Assembly (NCBI GenBank): GCA_964595705.1
Contig: CAZQSC010000003.1
Span: forward strand, 1 to 41,693
Direction of reading: 5' to 3'
Source of the DNA: an uncultured bacterium
GTDB taxonomy: Bacteria > Latescibacterota > MVCY01
Length of the DNA stretch: 41,693 bases
The notes under the pieces are model-generated. The model saw nothing but the letters and a program-made list of their open reading frames with translations. It made no database searches and had not been told where the DNA came from. The position numbers and the translations under genes were made by a program. Positions 8,811-16,988 of the stretch are shown one piece after another (the stretch's first letter is position 1; each line of letters begins with the position of its first letter).

Positions 8811-9824
8811 ATGGCCGAGAAGATCCTGAGCAAAGGCAGACAAAAAGAGTTTCTGAGTCGGCTGATCAAGAACTATCAGGTGTTCGCCCCGGTAGAAAAA
8901 GATGGGAATCTGCTCTTCTCTCAGATCCACTCCCCAGAGGAGCTGGTGCAGAAGTACCGCAACACCAAACGGCCACCCAAGGAGCTGTTCTTTCCTCACT
9001 CAGAGGCCCTTTTCCGCTTTCGAAAAGGGCAGGTGGCCGAAGAAAGCCCCGAGGGGGCTGAGAGGGTGATATTCGGCATGCGCCCCTGTGATGCCCAAAG
9101 CTTGGTCCTGCTGGATATGGTCTTCAACACCGACAAGTTCAAAGACCCCTATTTCATCAACAGGAGAGAGAAGACCACCATAATCTCCATTGCCTGTACC
9201 CACCCTCAAATCACCTGCTTCTGCACTTCCTTCGGCAGCACTCCTGCCTCAGAAGAGGGCTCAGATATTCTGCTTTTCGATCTGGATGGAACTTATCTGG
9301 TTAAGCCTATCACTCAAAAAGGCCAACAGCTTATAGAAAGCCTGAAGGGACTGCTGACCGACGCCCAGCAGTCCGACCTGAAGAAAAGAGACGAGCTGGT
9401 CAAAGTGGCGCTCTCTAAGATAAAATCGGAAGTTCCCATCGAAGGGCTGAAGGAGAAATTGGATGGTATGTTCGATTCTCCGATTTGGGAGAAAATGCAT
9501 CTTAAGTGCCTCGGGTGTGGCATCTGCACCTACCTCTGTCCCACCTGCCACTGCTTTGACATCGTTGACGAGGCGGTGGACTCAGAGGGCAAGAGAGTCA
9601 GAAATTGGGACTCCTGTATGTATCCTCAGTTCACACTGCAGGCATCAGGACTTAACCCGCGTCTATCAAACAAAGAGAGACTTAGACAGAGGGTAATGCA
9701 TAAATTCAACTACTCCGTGGCCAACTATGGACAGGCCTTCTGCGTGGGCTGCGGAAGGTGTGTCCGCAACTGTCCGGTAAATCTTGACATTCGGGAGATC
9801 ATAAAGCTGATAAGTGAGAAGTAA
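8811..9824 (+). CDS. flxB: FlxB-like (AsrA/HydB family) 4Fe-4S protein
   Basis: PPKELFFP, FGMRPCD, CLGCGICTYLCPTCHCFD, RNWDSC, CVGCGRCVRNCP. Start moved to ATG 8811. Confidence 0.8.
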   Translation: MAEKILSKGRQKEFLSRLIKNYQVFAPVEKDGNLLFSQIHSPEELVQKYRNTKRPPKELFFPHSEALFRFRKGQVAEESPEGAERVIFGMRPCDAQSLVLLDMVFNTDKFKDPYFINRREKTTIISIACTHPQITCFCTSFGSTPASEEGSDILLFDLDGTYLVKPITQKGQQLIESLKGLLTDAQQSDLKKRDELVKVALSKIKSEVPIEGLKEKLDGMFDSPIWEKMHLKCLGCGICTYLCPTCHCFDIVDEAVDSEGKRVRNWDSCMYPQFTLQASGLNPRLSNKERLRQRVMHKFNYSVANYGQAFCVGCGRCVRNCPVNLDIREIIKLISEK

Positions 9825-9845
9825 GAAGTGTGGAGAGATTCTTCA

Positions 9846-10691
9846 ATGACGAATCCATATCAACCCCATCTGGCCAGAATTACCAGAATAGTAGATGAGA
9901 ACGAGGCAAAGGACATAAAGACCTTTGAGGTGGTTTTTTGTGATACCCAGCAGGCGGAGAGTTTCAGCTTTGTCTGTGGCCAGTTTGCTCAGGTGTCCGT
10001 CTTTGGGGCTGGTGAAGCTCCATTTGGCATCGCCTCATCCCCCACCGACCGAGGATTTCTCCAGTTCACCGTCAAGCGCTATCCCACTGGGACAGTCACT
10101 ACTGCCTTGCACAACTGCCAGGAAGACGATCTGATCGGAGTCAGAGGCCCTTATGGCAATGGTTATCCTCTCCAGCTCTTAGAAGGCAGCAATGTGGTGA
10201 TCGTCGGGGGAGGGTTTGCCTTCACCACCCTCAGGTCTCTCATCAATTATATCCTCCATCCGGAGAACAGGGAGCGTTTCGGAGAGCTCACCGTGCTCTC
10301 TGCTGCTCGCAATTCCGGAGAGATGATATACAAGTACGAACTGAAGAGATGGGCAGAGAGGAACGACATCCGTCTGGTTCTTACCATTGACAAAGAGGAG
10401 GGGGGATGGGAGGGGGAAGTGGGATTTGCCGCCCCGGTGCTGAAACAGATAGCCCCTTCTTCAGACAACGCTGTGGCAGTGGTGTGTGGCCCGGCGATTA
10501 TGATAAAGACCTGTGTCTCTGTTTTACTTGAACTGGGATTTGCCCCCGACCGGATACTCACCTCCTTAGAGATGAAGATGAAATGCGGCATCGGTATGTG
10601 CGGCAGATGTAACATCGGGGACAAGTATGTCTGCCGAGACGGTCCGGTCTTCACTTACCAGCAACTTCAAGGAATGCCTAAGGAGTATTGA
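9846..10691 (+). CDS. flxA: FlxA-like (AsrB/HydG/PyrK family) FAD/NAD-binding [2Fe-2S] subunit
   Basis: GQFAQVS..GEAPF, VRGPYGNG, GGGFA, VCGP, KMKCGIGMCGRCNIG..VCRDGPVF. Start moved to ATG 9846 behind GGAGAG. Confidence 0.83.
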   Translation: MTNPYQPHLARITRIVDENEAKDIKTFEVVFCDTQQAESFSFVCGQFAQVSVFGAGEAPFGIASSPTDRGFLQFTVKRYPTGTVTTALHNCQEDDLIGVRGPYGNGYPLQLLEGSNVVIVGGGFAFTTLRSLINYILHPENRERFGELTVLSAARNSGEMIYKYELKRWAERNDIRLVLTIDKEEGGWEGEVGFAAPVLKQIAPSSDNAVAVVCGPAIMIKTCVSVLLELGFAPDRILTSLEMKMKCGIGMCGRCNIGDKYVCRDGPVFTYQQLQGMPKEY

Positions 10692-10835
10692 CCAAGCAGA
10701 TCGACAAAACAGACGGGTAACATAGAGCAGGGGACGATTCCCTTAGAGGCTTGCTGGAAGAACACTCTATACTAAAACTGGCGTAGCTTCGCCTCAAATC
10801 GACGAGGCCTTGAACCATCTCTACAGTCAAAAATC

Positions 10836-10897
10836 GTAGTGTAACCCCTTTATGGGGCGTAATCCTGCCTTTACGGGGGACAAGCCCCCTACACTAC
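10836..10897. repeat. GTAG-type inverted REP doublet (REPIN-like)
   Basis: Terminal inverted gtagtgta...tacactac, each end adjoining a small G/C hairpin (cccctttatgggg; gggggacaagccccc). Confidence 0.7.
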
Positions 10898-10935
10898 TTA
10901 ATGAAGACATGTAATAATACCAAGGATATAAAGGG

Positions 10936-11937
10936 ATGAAACAGATAATAGAGAAGGCCCAAAAGAATCCTTTAAAGATCGTCTTTCCTGAGTATGAAGA
11001 TGACCGCATACTGAAGGCTCTGTCTCGCTTAAGGGCAGAGAGAATAGCTTATCCTGTATTATTAGGCGATGAAGCGAAGATTATTTCCAGGGCTAAGCAG
11101 CTCGGGGTGGATTTAGAGGGTGTGGAGATAGTGAATCCCAACCGTGACCCCAATAAAGAGGAGTATGTGGAGCTTCTCTACCAGCGCTTGGTCAGAAAGG
11201 GGATAACAAGAGAACAAGCAAAAGAGCGCATTCTCGGTTCCCTATCTTACTATGCTGGGGCGATGGTAAAAACAGGAAGAGCCGCAGGGGCGGTCTCTGG
11301 CGCTACCCACCCCACCAGCGATACCATCAGGGGGGCCCTCTATACCATAGGTCCCCAGAAGGGAATCAAGACAATTTCCTCTTTTTCTGTTATGGAGCTC
11401 TCTGCCTGTCCTTACGCATACCGCGGATACTTAGTCTATGCCGACTGTGCTGTAGTGGTAGATCCCACATCAGAGCAGTTGGCCGAGATCGCTATTTGTA
11501 CGGCTAAATCGGCTGCCCAACTGTTGGGTTTGACTCCCCGAGTGGCGCTTTTGTCTTTCTCCACCTATGGCAGTGCTGCTCACCCATTGGTAGATAAGGT
11601 GAAAAAGGCCACCGAAATCGCCCAGCAGCGCTGTCCCGATATCTTAATTGACGGAGAACTTCAGGTAGACGCAGCTTTAGTGCCTGAAGTGGCCCAGAGA
11701 AAATGCCCCTCTTCACCTGTGGGAGGGAAAGCAAATATCTTGATCTTCCCTAACTTAAATACCGGCAACATCGCCTATAAGCTCACCCAGAGATTGGCTG
11801 GGGCCACTGCCTACGGACCCGTGCTTCAGGGACTGAAATATCCCTACAACGATCTTTCCCGAGGCTGTAGTGTGGAGGATATAATAGGCGTTGCCGCAGT
11901 AACCGTAGTTCAAGCTCAACAGAGGGAGAAGAGGTGA
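10936..11937 (+). CDS. pta: Phosphate acetyltransferase
   Basis: IVFPE, ADCAV, LSFSTYGS, DGELQVDAA, FPNLNTGNIAYK, NDLSRGCS. Confidence 0.96.
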   Translation: MKQIIEKAQKNPLKIVFPEYEDDRILKALSRLRAERIAYPVLLGDEAKIISRAKQLGVDLEGVEIVNPNRDPNKEEYVELLYQRLVRKGITREQAKERILGSLSYYAGAMVKTGRAAGAVSGATHPTSDTIRGALYTIGPQKGIKTISSFSVMELSACPYAYRGYLVYADCAVVVDPTSEQLAEIAICTAKSAAQLLGLTPRVALLSFSTYGSAAHPLVDKVKKATEIAQQRCPDILIDGELQVDAALVPEVAQRKCPSSPVGGKANILIFPNLNTGNIAYKLTQRLAGATAYGPVLQGLKYPYNDLSRGCSVEDIIGVAAVTVVQAQQREKR

Positions 11938-13145
11938 AGATACTGGTGATTAATTCCGGGAGCTCTTCTATAAAGTATCAACTGTTTTCGATGCCTCAGG
12001 AGAAGATATTAGCCAGAGGGTTATTGGAGAGAATAGGCCTGTCCTGTTCTGTGCTTCATCACAGCCGAGAAGAGAACTCGGAGGTGGAAATCTCAAAGCA
12101 GATAAAGAACCACCACCAGGGGTTAAAAATAGTGCTGGAGGTCCTCTCACATCCCCAGTACGGTGCTGTTGAAGATATAGATGAGATAAATGCTGTCGGC
12201 CACCGGGTAGTGCACGGTGGTGAGAAGTACACTGCCTCCTGTTTGGTAGACGAGGATCTGGTCTCCACGGTTAGAGAATTCTGTGAACTGGCCCCTCTCC
12301 ACAATCCCCCCAATCTGGCAGGGATAGAGGCCTGTCAGGAACTACTTCCCTCTGTCCCTCAGGTAGCGGTCTTTGACACCGCCTTTCATCAAACCATTGC
12401 TGACCATGCCTATCTTTATGCTATTCCTTATCTTTACTATGAAAAGTATCGGGTGAGGAGATACGGTTTTCACGGCACTTCCCATCGTTATGTAGCCTTA
12501 CGGGCAGCCCAGATATTGAGACAGCCCTTAACAGAGCTGAAGATAATCACTTGCCACCTGGGCAACGGCTGCAGTATCACCGCAGTGAAGGGGGGAAAAT
12601 CAGTGGAGACCTCTATGGGGTTTACCCCTTTGGAAGGTCTAGTGATGGGAACCCGCAGCGGCGATCTCGACCCCGCCGCAGCGTTTTACCTGATGGAGAA
12701 GCTGGGGCTGTCTGCCTCCCAGATGAAGCAGATACTGAATAAAAAGAGCGGTCTTCTGGGAGTCTCTGATGTAAGCAACGATATGCGAGATATTTGGAAG
12801 GCAAAGGAGGCTGGCAACCCCAAGGCAGATTTGAGCCTGAGGATCTTCTGGCACCGGTTGAAAAAGTACATCGGGGCTTACGTCGCAGTTATGAATGGCT
12901 TAGATGCTTTAGTCTTCACTGCTGGTATCGGAGAGAACGACTGTTACACCCGGCAGAAGGTCTGTGAGGGGATGGATTACCTGGGCATAGAGATAGACGA
13001 AGAGAAAAACGTTACCGTACAGGCAAAGGAGGCCACAATCTCCTCTGCCTCCTCCCGGGTAAAGGTCCTGGTGGTCCCCACCAACGAGGAGCTGATGATC
13101 GCCCGGGACACCTACCAGATAGCAAAAGGAAAAACTGAGGGATAA
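11934..13145 (+). CDS. ackA: Acetate kinase
   Basis: INSGSSSIK, GHRVVHGG, APLHNP, FDTAFH, YGFHGTSH, MGTRSGD, TNEE; GTGA overlap with pta. Confidence 0.97.
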   Translation: MKILVINSGSSSIKYQLFSMPQEKILARGLLERIGLSCSVLHHSREENSEVEISKQIKNHHQGLKIVLEVLSHPQYGAVEDIDEINAVGHRVVHGGEKYTASCLVDEDLVSTVREFCELAPLHNPPNLAGIEACQELLPSVPQVAVFDTAFHQTIADHAYLYAIPYLYYEKYRVRRYGFHGTSHRYVALRAAQILRQPLTELKIITCHLGNGCSITAVKGGKSVETSMGFTPLEGLVMGTRSGDLDPAAAFYLMEKLGLSASQMKQILNKKSGLLGVSDVSNDMRDIWKAKEAGNPKADLSLRIFWHRLKKYIGAYVAVMNGLDALVFTAGIGENDCYTRQKVCEGMDYLGIEIDEEKNVTVQAKEATISSASSRVKVLVVPTNEELMIARDTYQIAKGKTEG

Positions 13146-13150
13146 TAGCG

Positions 13151-13651
13151 ATGATTCTTAAAGGGAAGGCATGGAAATTCGGGGATGGGATAAGCACTGA
13201 CCTTATATGTCCGGGCAGATATTTTCACCTTCGCTCCAACCTGCCTGAACTGGCCCACCACCTATTGGAGGATGTAGACCCGGAGTTTGCCCGGAAGGTC
13301 AACAGAGGGGATTTTATAGTAGCTGGTGAGAATTTTGGGCTGGGCTCAAGCAGGGAACATGCACCCCGAATCATAAAGCTGGCAGGTGTAGGGGCTGTGC
13401 TGGCGAAATCCTTCGCCAGAATATTCTACCGCAACGCCATAAACATTGGATTGCCAGCCTTAGAGTGCAACACCGACAACATAGCCACCGGAGACCTTGT
13501 GGAAGTGGACCTTTCTGAGGGAGTGATTCTCAACCAAACCAGAGGATTGGAGCTTAAGGCCAGACCACTTCCCCCGGTAATGCTGAAAATCCTCTCCGAC
13601 GGCGGTCTGGTAGCTCACATCCAGAAATATGGGGATTTCAAGTTAGACTGA
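13151..13651 (+). CDS. Aconitase-family small subunit (LeuD/HacB/DmdB type)
   Basis: GKAWKFGD.ISTD, NFGLGSSREHAP, SFARIFYRNAINIG, GGL. Confidence 0.88.
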   Translation: MILKGKAWKFGDGISTDLICPGRYFHLRSNLPELAHHLLEDVDPEFARKVNRGDFIVAGENFGLGSSREHAPRIIKLAGVGAVLAKSFARIFYRNAINIGLPALECNTDNIATGDLVEVDLSEGVILNQTRGLELKARPLPPVMLKILSDGGLVAHIQKYGDFKLD

Positions 13652-13723
13652 ACGCCAGTCCTATTGATGGCCTTTCCTTCTTGTCTGTCAGATGTAATCC
13701 CCTAGCGCGGTTAAACCGCAATT

Positions 13724-13805
13724 TAACCGCAGAGAACGCAGAGTGGGCGCAAAGATTGCCGAGGTATTTCTTATCTTTGTGCCCACTCTGCGTTCTCTGC
13801 GGTTA
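13724..13805. repeat. 33-bp inverted repeat between convergent genes; probable bidirectional terminator
   Basis: taaccgcagagaacgcagagtgggcgcaaagat / atctttgtgcccactctgcgttctctgcggtta, 32 of 33 paired (the remaining pair is G-T), 16-nt loop, T-run downstream on +. Confidence 0.85.
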
Positions 13806-13852
13806 GATTTTTCTTGCCCAAAAACAAAAAATTGATTAGTAATACTATAATG

Positions 13853-14860
13853 TCAGAGCCCGGAGAGCTTGTCTTTCACCCCCTGAGAGGCCACATATTC
13901 TAATTTGCCGTCTTTTTCAAAGAAGATCAGAGCCTCCACATTGTCCAGTCGTTCAACCAACTTCATCCCTTTTTCCGGACCCAGGACGAAGACCGCTGTA
14001 GCCAGGATGTCGGCATCTGTCGCCGTCCGTGTCCAGACGGTGGCGCTCACACACCTGCTGGCCGGGTAGCCAGTATGGGGATCCAGAATGTGATGGTACC
14101 TTTTCCCGTCCTTTATAAAGAACCTTTCATAATCGCCTGAAGTGGCTACGGCCGAAAGCCCCACTTTCCTTGCTCTAATGAGCTTTCCCCTCTCTCGGGG
14201 ATGGCGAATAGCGATCTGCCAGTCTCCGCCGTAGGGTTTTTTGCCCCACAGGCGAACATCTCCCCCGGCATCCACCAGGCCGCTTCTAACCCCTCTCTTC
14301 TTTAGGAACTCAACAGCACAATCCACCGCATAGCCTTTGGCTACCCCCCCTAAATCCAGCTTTATCTTTGGCTTCAGCAACCGAACTCTTCCCGCCTCAA
14401 GCTGAATATTCTGATAGCCAACCAGAGTAAGTGCAGAGACAAGCTGCCCAGGCAGAGGGACGCTGGGGTTAGGTGAGTCAAATCCCCATAACTCTTTTAC
14501 AGGACCGACGGTAATGTCAAAGGCACCGCCTGAGAGTTCAGAGAAGTATTGGGACCTTTTAAGTACCTGTTCCATATCTGGCGAAATGGAAACCCACCCT
14601 TTCCCTGCCGTCGAGTCGATAAGAGCAACCTCACTGGTAGAAGAATAGCTATCCATCATCCGGTCAATGCGCTCCATCTCCTCGAAGACCTCTCTGAGCA
14701 GATTCCGGGCAGTGGAACTGTCTTTAGCACAAAGCTTAACCGTGACCACTGTGTCCATCATAGGACGCACCGCCTCCCAGAGGTGGACAGGACGATAAAT
14801 CCTCCAGAAGGCAAAGGCAACAAGTAGTACAAGCAGCAGATAGGAGATAATCCTTTTCAT
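13853..14860 (-). CDS. apbE: FAD:protein FMN transferase
   Basis: MMDT, GAFDITVGP, DLGGVAKGYAVD, DAGGD, ATSGDYERF, YHHILDP, ADILATA; N-terminal membrane anchor. Confidence 0.93.
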   Translation of the reverse strand: MKRIISYLLLVLLVAFAFWRIYRPVHLWEAVRPMMDTVVTVKLCAKDSSTARNLLREVFEEMERIDRMMDSYSSTSEVALIDSTAGKGWVSISPDMEQVLKRSQYFSELSGGAFDITVGPVKELWGFDSPNPSVPLPGQLVSALTLVGYQNIQLEAGRVRLLKPKIKLDLGGVAKGYAVDCAVEFLKKRGVRSGLVDAGGDVRLWGKKPYGGDWQIAIRHPRERGKLIRARKVGLSAVATSGDYERFFIKDGKRYHHILDPHTGYPASRCVSATVWTRTATDADILATAVFVLGPEKGMKLVERLDNVEALIFFEKDGKLEYVASQGVKDKLSGL

Positions 14861-14862
14861 AA

Positions 14863-15444
14863 TCAGAACTCGATCTTTAATATCTCATCCTGGAAGTGAA
14901 GCACCAGCCTTGAGCCGACATACCCCAACAGGGCGCCGGCAAGCACATCGGAGGGATAGTGTCTGCCCAGGTAGATTCTAGACAGACCGACAATTGAGGC
15001 TACTGCATAGGAGAGCACGCGATATCGGGGATAACGGTAAGCCAGGATGGTAGCCATAGCAAAGCCTCCTGTAGCATGTCCAGAGGGGAAGGAGGAATTG
15101 AAACTGGAGCAGGTTCCCTCAGGCCTTTTTCGGTTGACCGAGACCTTAAGCGCCTGGACAACTATCGCCGTGGTGGCCATTGAAGTGAAGGCAAGCTTGG
15201 CTGTCTGCTTCTGGTAATTGTTACCGTAAGTGGAGAACATCAGACAGAGGCAAAGTCCGCTCTCTGAACTGCCCAGATGGGTTGCAGCTTTCATCACTAC
15301 ATCCAGTGTCGGGGAACGGTAAGAGTCGTGCAACAGCTTGTATAATTTTCCATCTATACTTTCTGCGGGGATAGAGGTAGCGGATGAAAGGAGCCCCAAA
15401 AGGAGGAGGAGGAACAAGGCTGGAAGAAGAAATTTAGTCTTCAC
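14863..15444 (-). CDS. PAP2-family phosphatase
   Basis: KVSVNRKRP, SFPSGH, SRIYLGRHYPSDVLAG; hydrophobic N-terminal signal. Confidence 0.92.
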   Translation of the reverse strand: MKTKFLLPALFLLLLLGLLSSATSIPAESIDGKLYKLLHDSYRSPTLDVVMKAATHLGSSESGLCLCLMFSTYGNNYQKQTAKLAFTSMATTAIVVQALKVSVNRKRPEGTCSSFNSSFPSGHATGGFAMATILAYRYPRYRVLSYAVASIVGLSRIYLGRHYPSDVLAGALLGYVGSRLVLHFQDEILKIEF

Positions 15445-15474
15445 CGGTTACCCTTATTTCGTCTTTTGTTGGTT

Positions 15475-15897
15475 TTAGTTCGAGGGAGAGGTTTTATGCC
15501 CACAGTAAGGACAGGCTACCCAATCTGAGTCTAAAGGGCGGCCACAACTGGGACATTCGGCCTTAAGGGGGGTCTGACAATAGGGACAGAGTTTAAAGTC
15601 CTTTCGGACAGGCCTCCCACAGTGGGGACATCTGGAAGCAAAGAATACAAAGTCCCTGAAGGCCCTACTGAAGTCTTTGAAGGCAAACCTGAAATCAAAC
15701 CAGTCAAAGGGGTCCTCTTCAAAACAAAAAGAGCAAAAGAATTTGCCGTTGACCACTCTTTGGCACTGCTGGCAGAAGGCCCGCCCACACCTGACACACA
15801 CGCCTACTGCCTCAGCATCCGGGTGATTAAAACACTTCACTTCAGCTCCAACCCCTTTTGTGGCGGCAGAAGGTTTATTTTTTAAACCTTCTGCCAC
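15475..15897 (-). CDS. Zinc-finger protein: B-box-like domain plus double zinc ribbon
   Basis: CFNH..CVRC..CQQC..CSFC followed by CPHC, CPYC, CPSC, CPYCG. Confidence 0.8.
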   Translation of the reverse strand: MAEGLKNKPSAATKGVGAEVKCFNHPDAEAVGVCVRCGRAFCQQCQRVVNGKFFCSFCFEEDPFDWFDFRFAFKDFSRAFRDFVFFASRCPHCGRPVRKDFKLCPYCQTPLKAECPSCGRPLDSDWVACPYCGHKTSPSN

Positions 15898-15913
15898 CCT
15901 TTTCTTTGATTTG

Positions 15914-16741
15914 TCACAGAGAAATGAACTGAGAAAGGTGTTTGAACCCCAGGATTAAACCTTCTTTTCTGCGCTCTCCCTCAAACACAGGGTCTTCGTG
16001 TTCGATGGACAGCGCCCCATCGTAACCCACATCCAGAAGGGCGGAGATAAATTGCTGCCAATCAATATCTCCCCATCCGGGGATTCTGAACCGCCACCAG
16101 CCCTTGCCCACTATTCCCTCCCGGGCCAGGATATCTTCTCGTATCTCAGTGTCTTTGGCATGGATGTGGTAGATCCTGCTGCCGTAGTCTTTGACAGCCT
16201 GGATGTAATCTATTCCCAGCAAGACCAAGTGCGAGGGGTCCAACCCCAGTCCCAGAGTCTCAGAGGGGATGGTATCAAACATAGCATCCCAGTCCGCCGG
16301 TCGGGAGCCACCTCCGCCGTGACAGTTCTCAAATGCTATCTTTATCCCCTTGTTGGAGGCCTTCTCTACAATTGGCGACCAGACTTCCTTGAACAGAGCG
16401 ATACTTTGCTCCACAGAATCCCCTTCTCCCTTGCCCGGAAAGGTGGTGAACACCTTCACCCCCAACATCTCGCAGACATCTAAGGCCCTTAGGAGATACT
16501 CAGCCACCTGTTGGCCTCTGGGCCTGTCGGGATCTAAGGGATTGGAATAATGGCCAATAGCAGAGATACAGATCCTGTGTTTCTGCACTGTTTTTCTGAT
16601 CTTATCGGCCTCTTTTGGGGTCAGTTTGGTGGCATCTAAGGTAGACCCCGGACCGGCTGAAAGAGACAGACTGGTGAACCCCACCTCAGAGGCGAACTTC
16701 ACCTCCTCCTCTGAATAGTTGGTTAGAAATCCTAATTTCAT
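15914..16741 (-). CDS. Sugar phosphate isomerase/epimerase (xylose isomerase-like TIM barrel)
   Basis: IAFENC, LDPSHL, HIHAKD, PGWGDIDW, LSIEHED; start at ATG 16741 behind AAAGGAG. Confidence 0.9.
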   Translation of the reverse strand: MKLGFLTNYSEEEVKFASEVGFTSLSLSAGPGSTLDATKLTPKEADKIRKTVQKHRICISAIGHYSNPLDPDRPRGQQVAEYLLRALDVCEMLGVKVFTTFPGKGEGDSVEQSIALFKEVWSPIVEKASNKGIKIAFENCHGGGGSRPADWDAMFDTIPSETLGLGLDPSHLVLLGIDYIQAVKDYGSRIYHIHAKDTEIREDILAREGIVGKGWWRFRIPGWGDIDWQQFISALLDVGYDGALSIEHEDPVFEGERRKEGLILGFKHLSQFISL

Positions 16742-16988
16742 GGTAAGCACTCCTTTCTGGAATTTCTGAGGCATTGGTTTAAAAACGTTATGAAACCCGA
16801 CTATCATCAAACTGGTAAAATTTTTTCAACCCATGGACCTCCTTTCGCTTATGAATAGACATCTTCACAAGGCAAGATCTTAACAAATGAGTCCAGTTTT
16901 CGAAGACACCCAATGAAGAATGGCAAATTGAAAGATGCAAAATGAAGGGCAGGATCCTCTGGTGCCAGTTGAAAGCAAGCCCCTCCAT

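Noticed and set aside
13814-13851. TTG.../TATAAT promoter-like sequence antisense to apbE
   Set aside because: The -35/-10 spacing does not fit; likely just AT-rich intergenic DNA.
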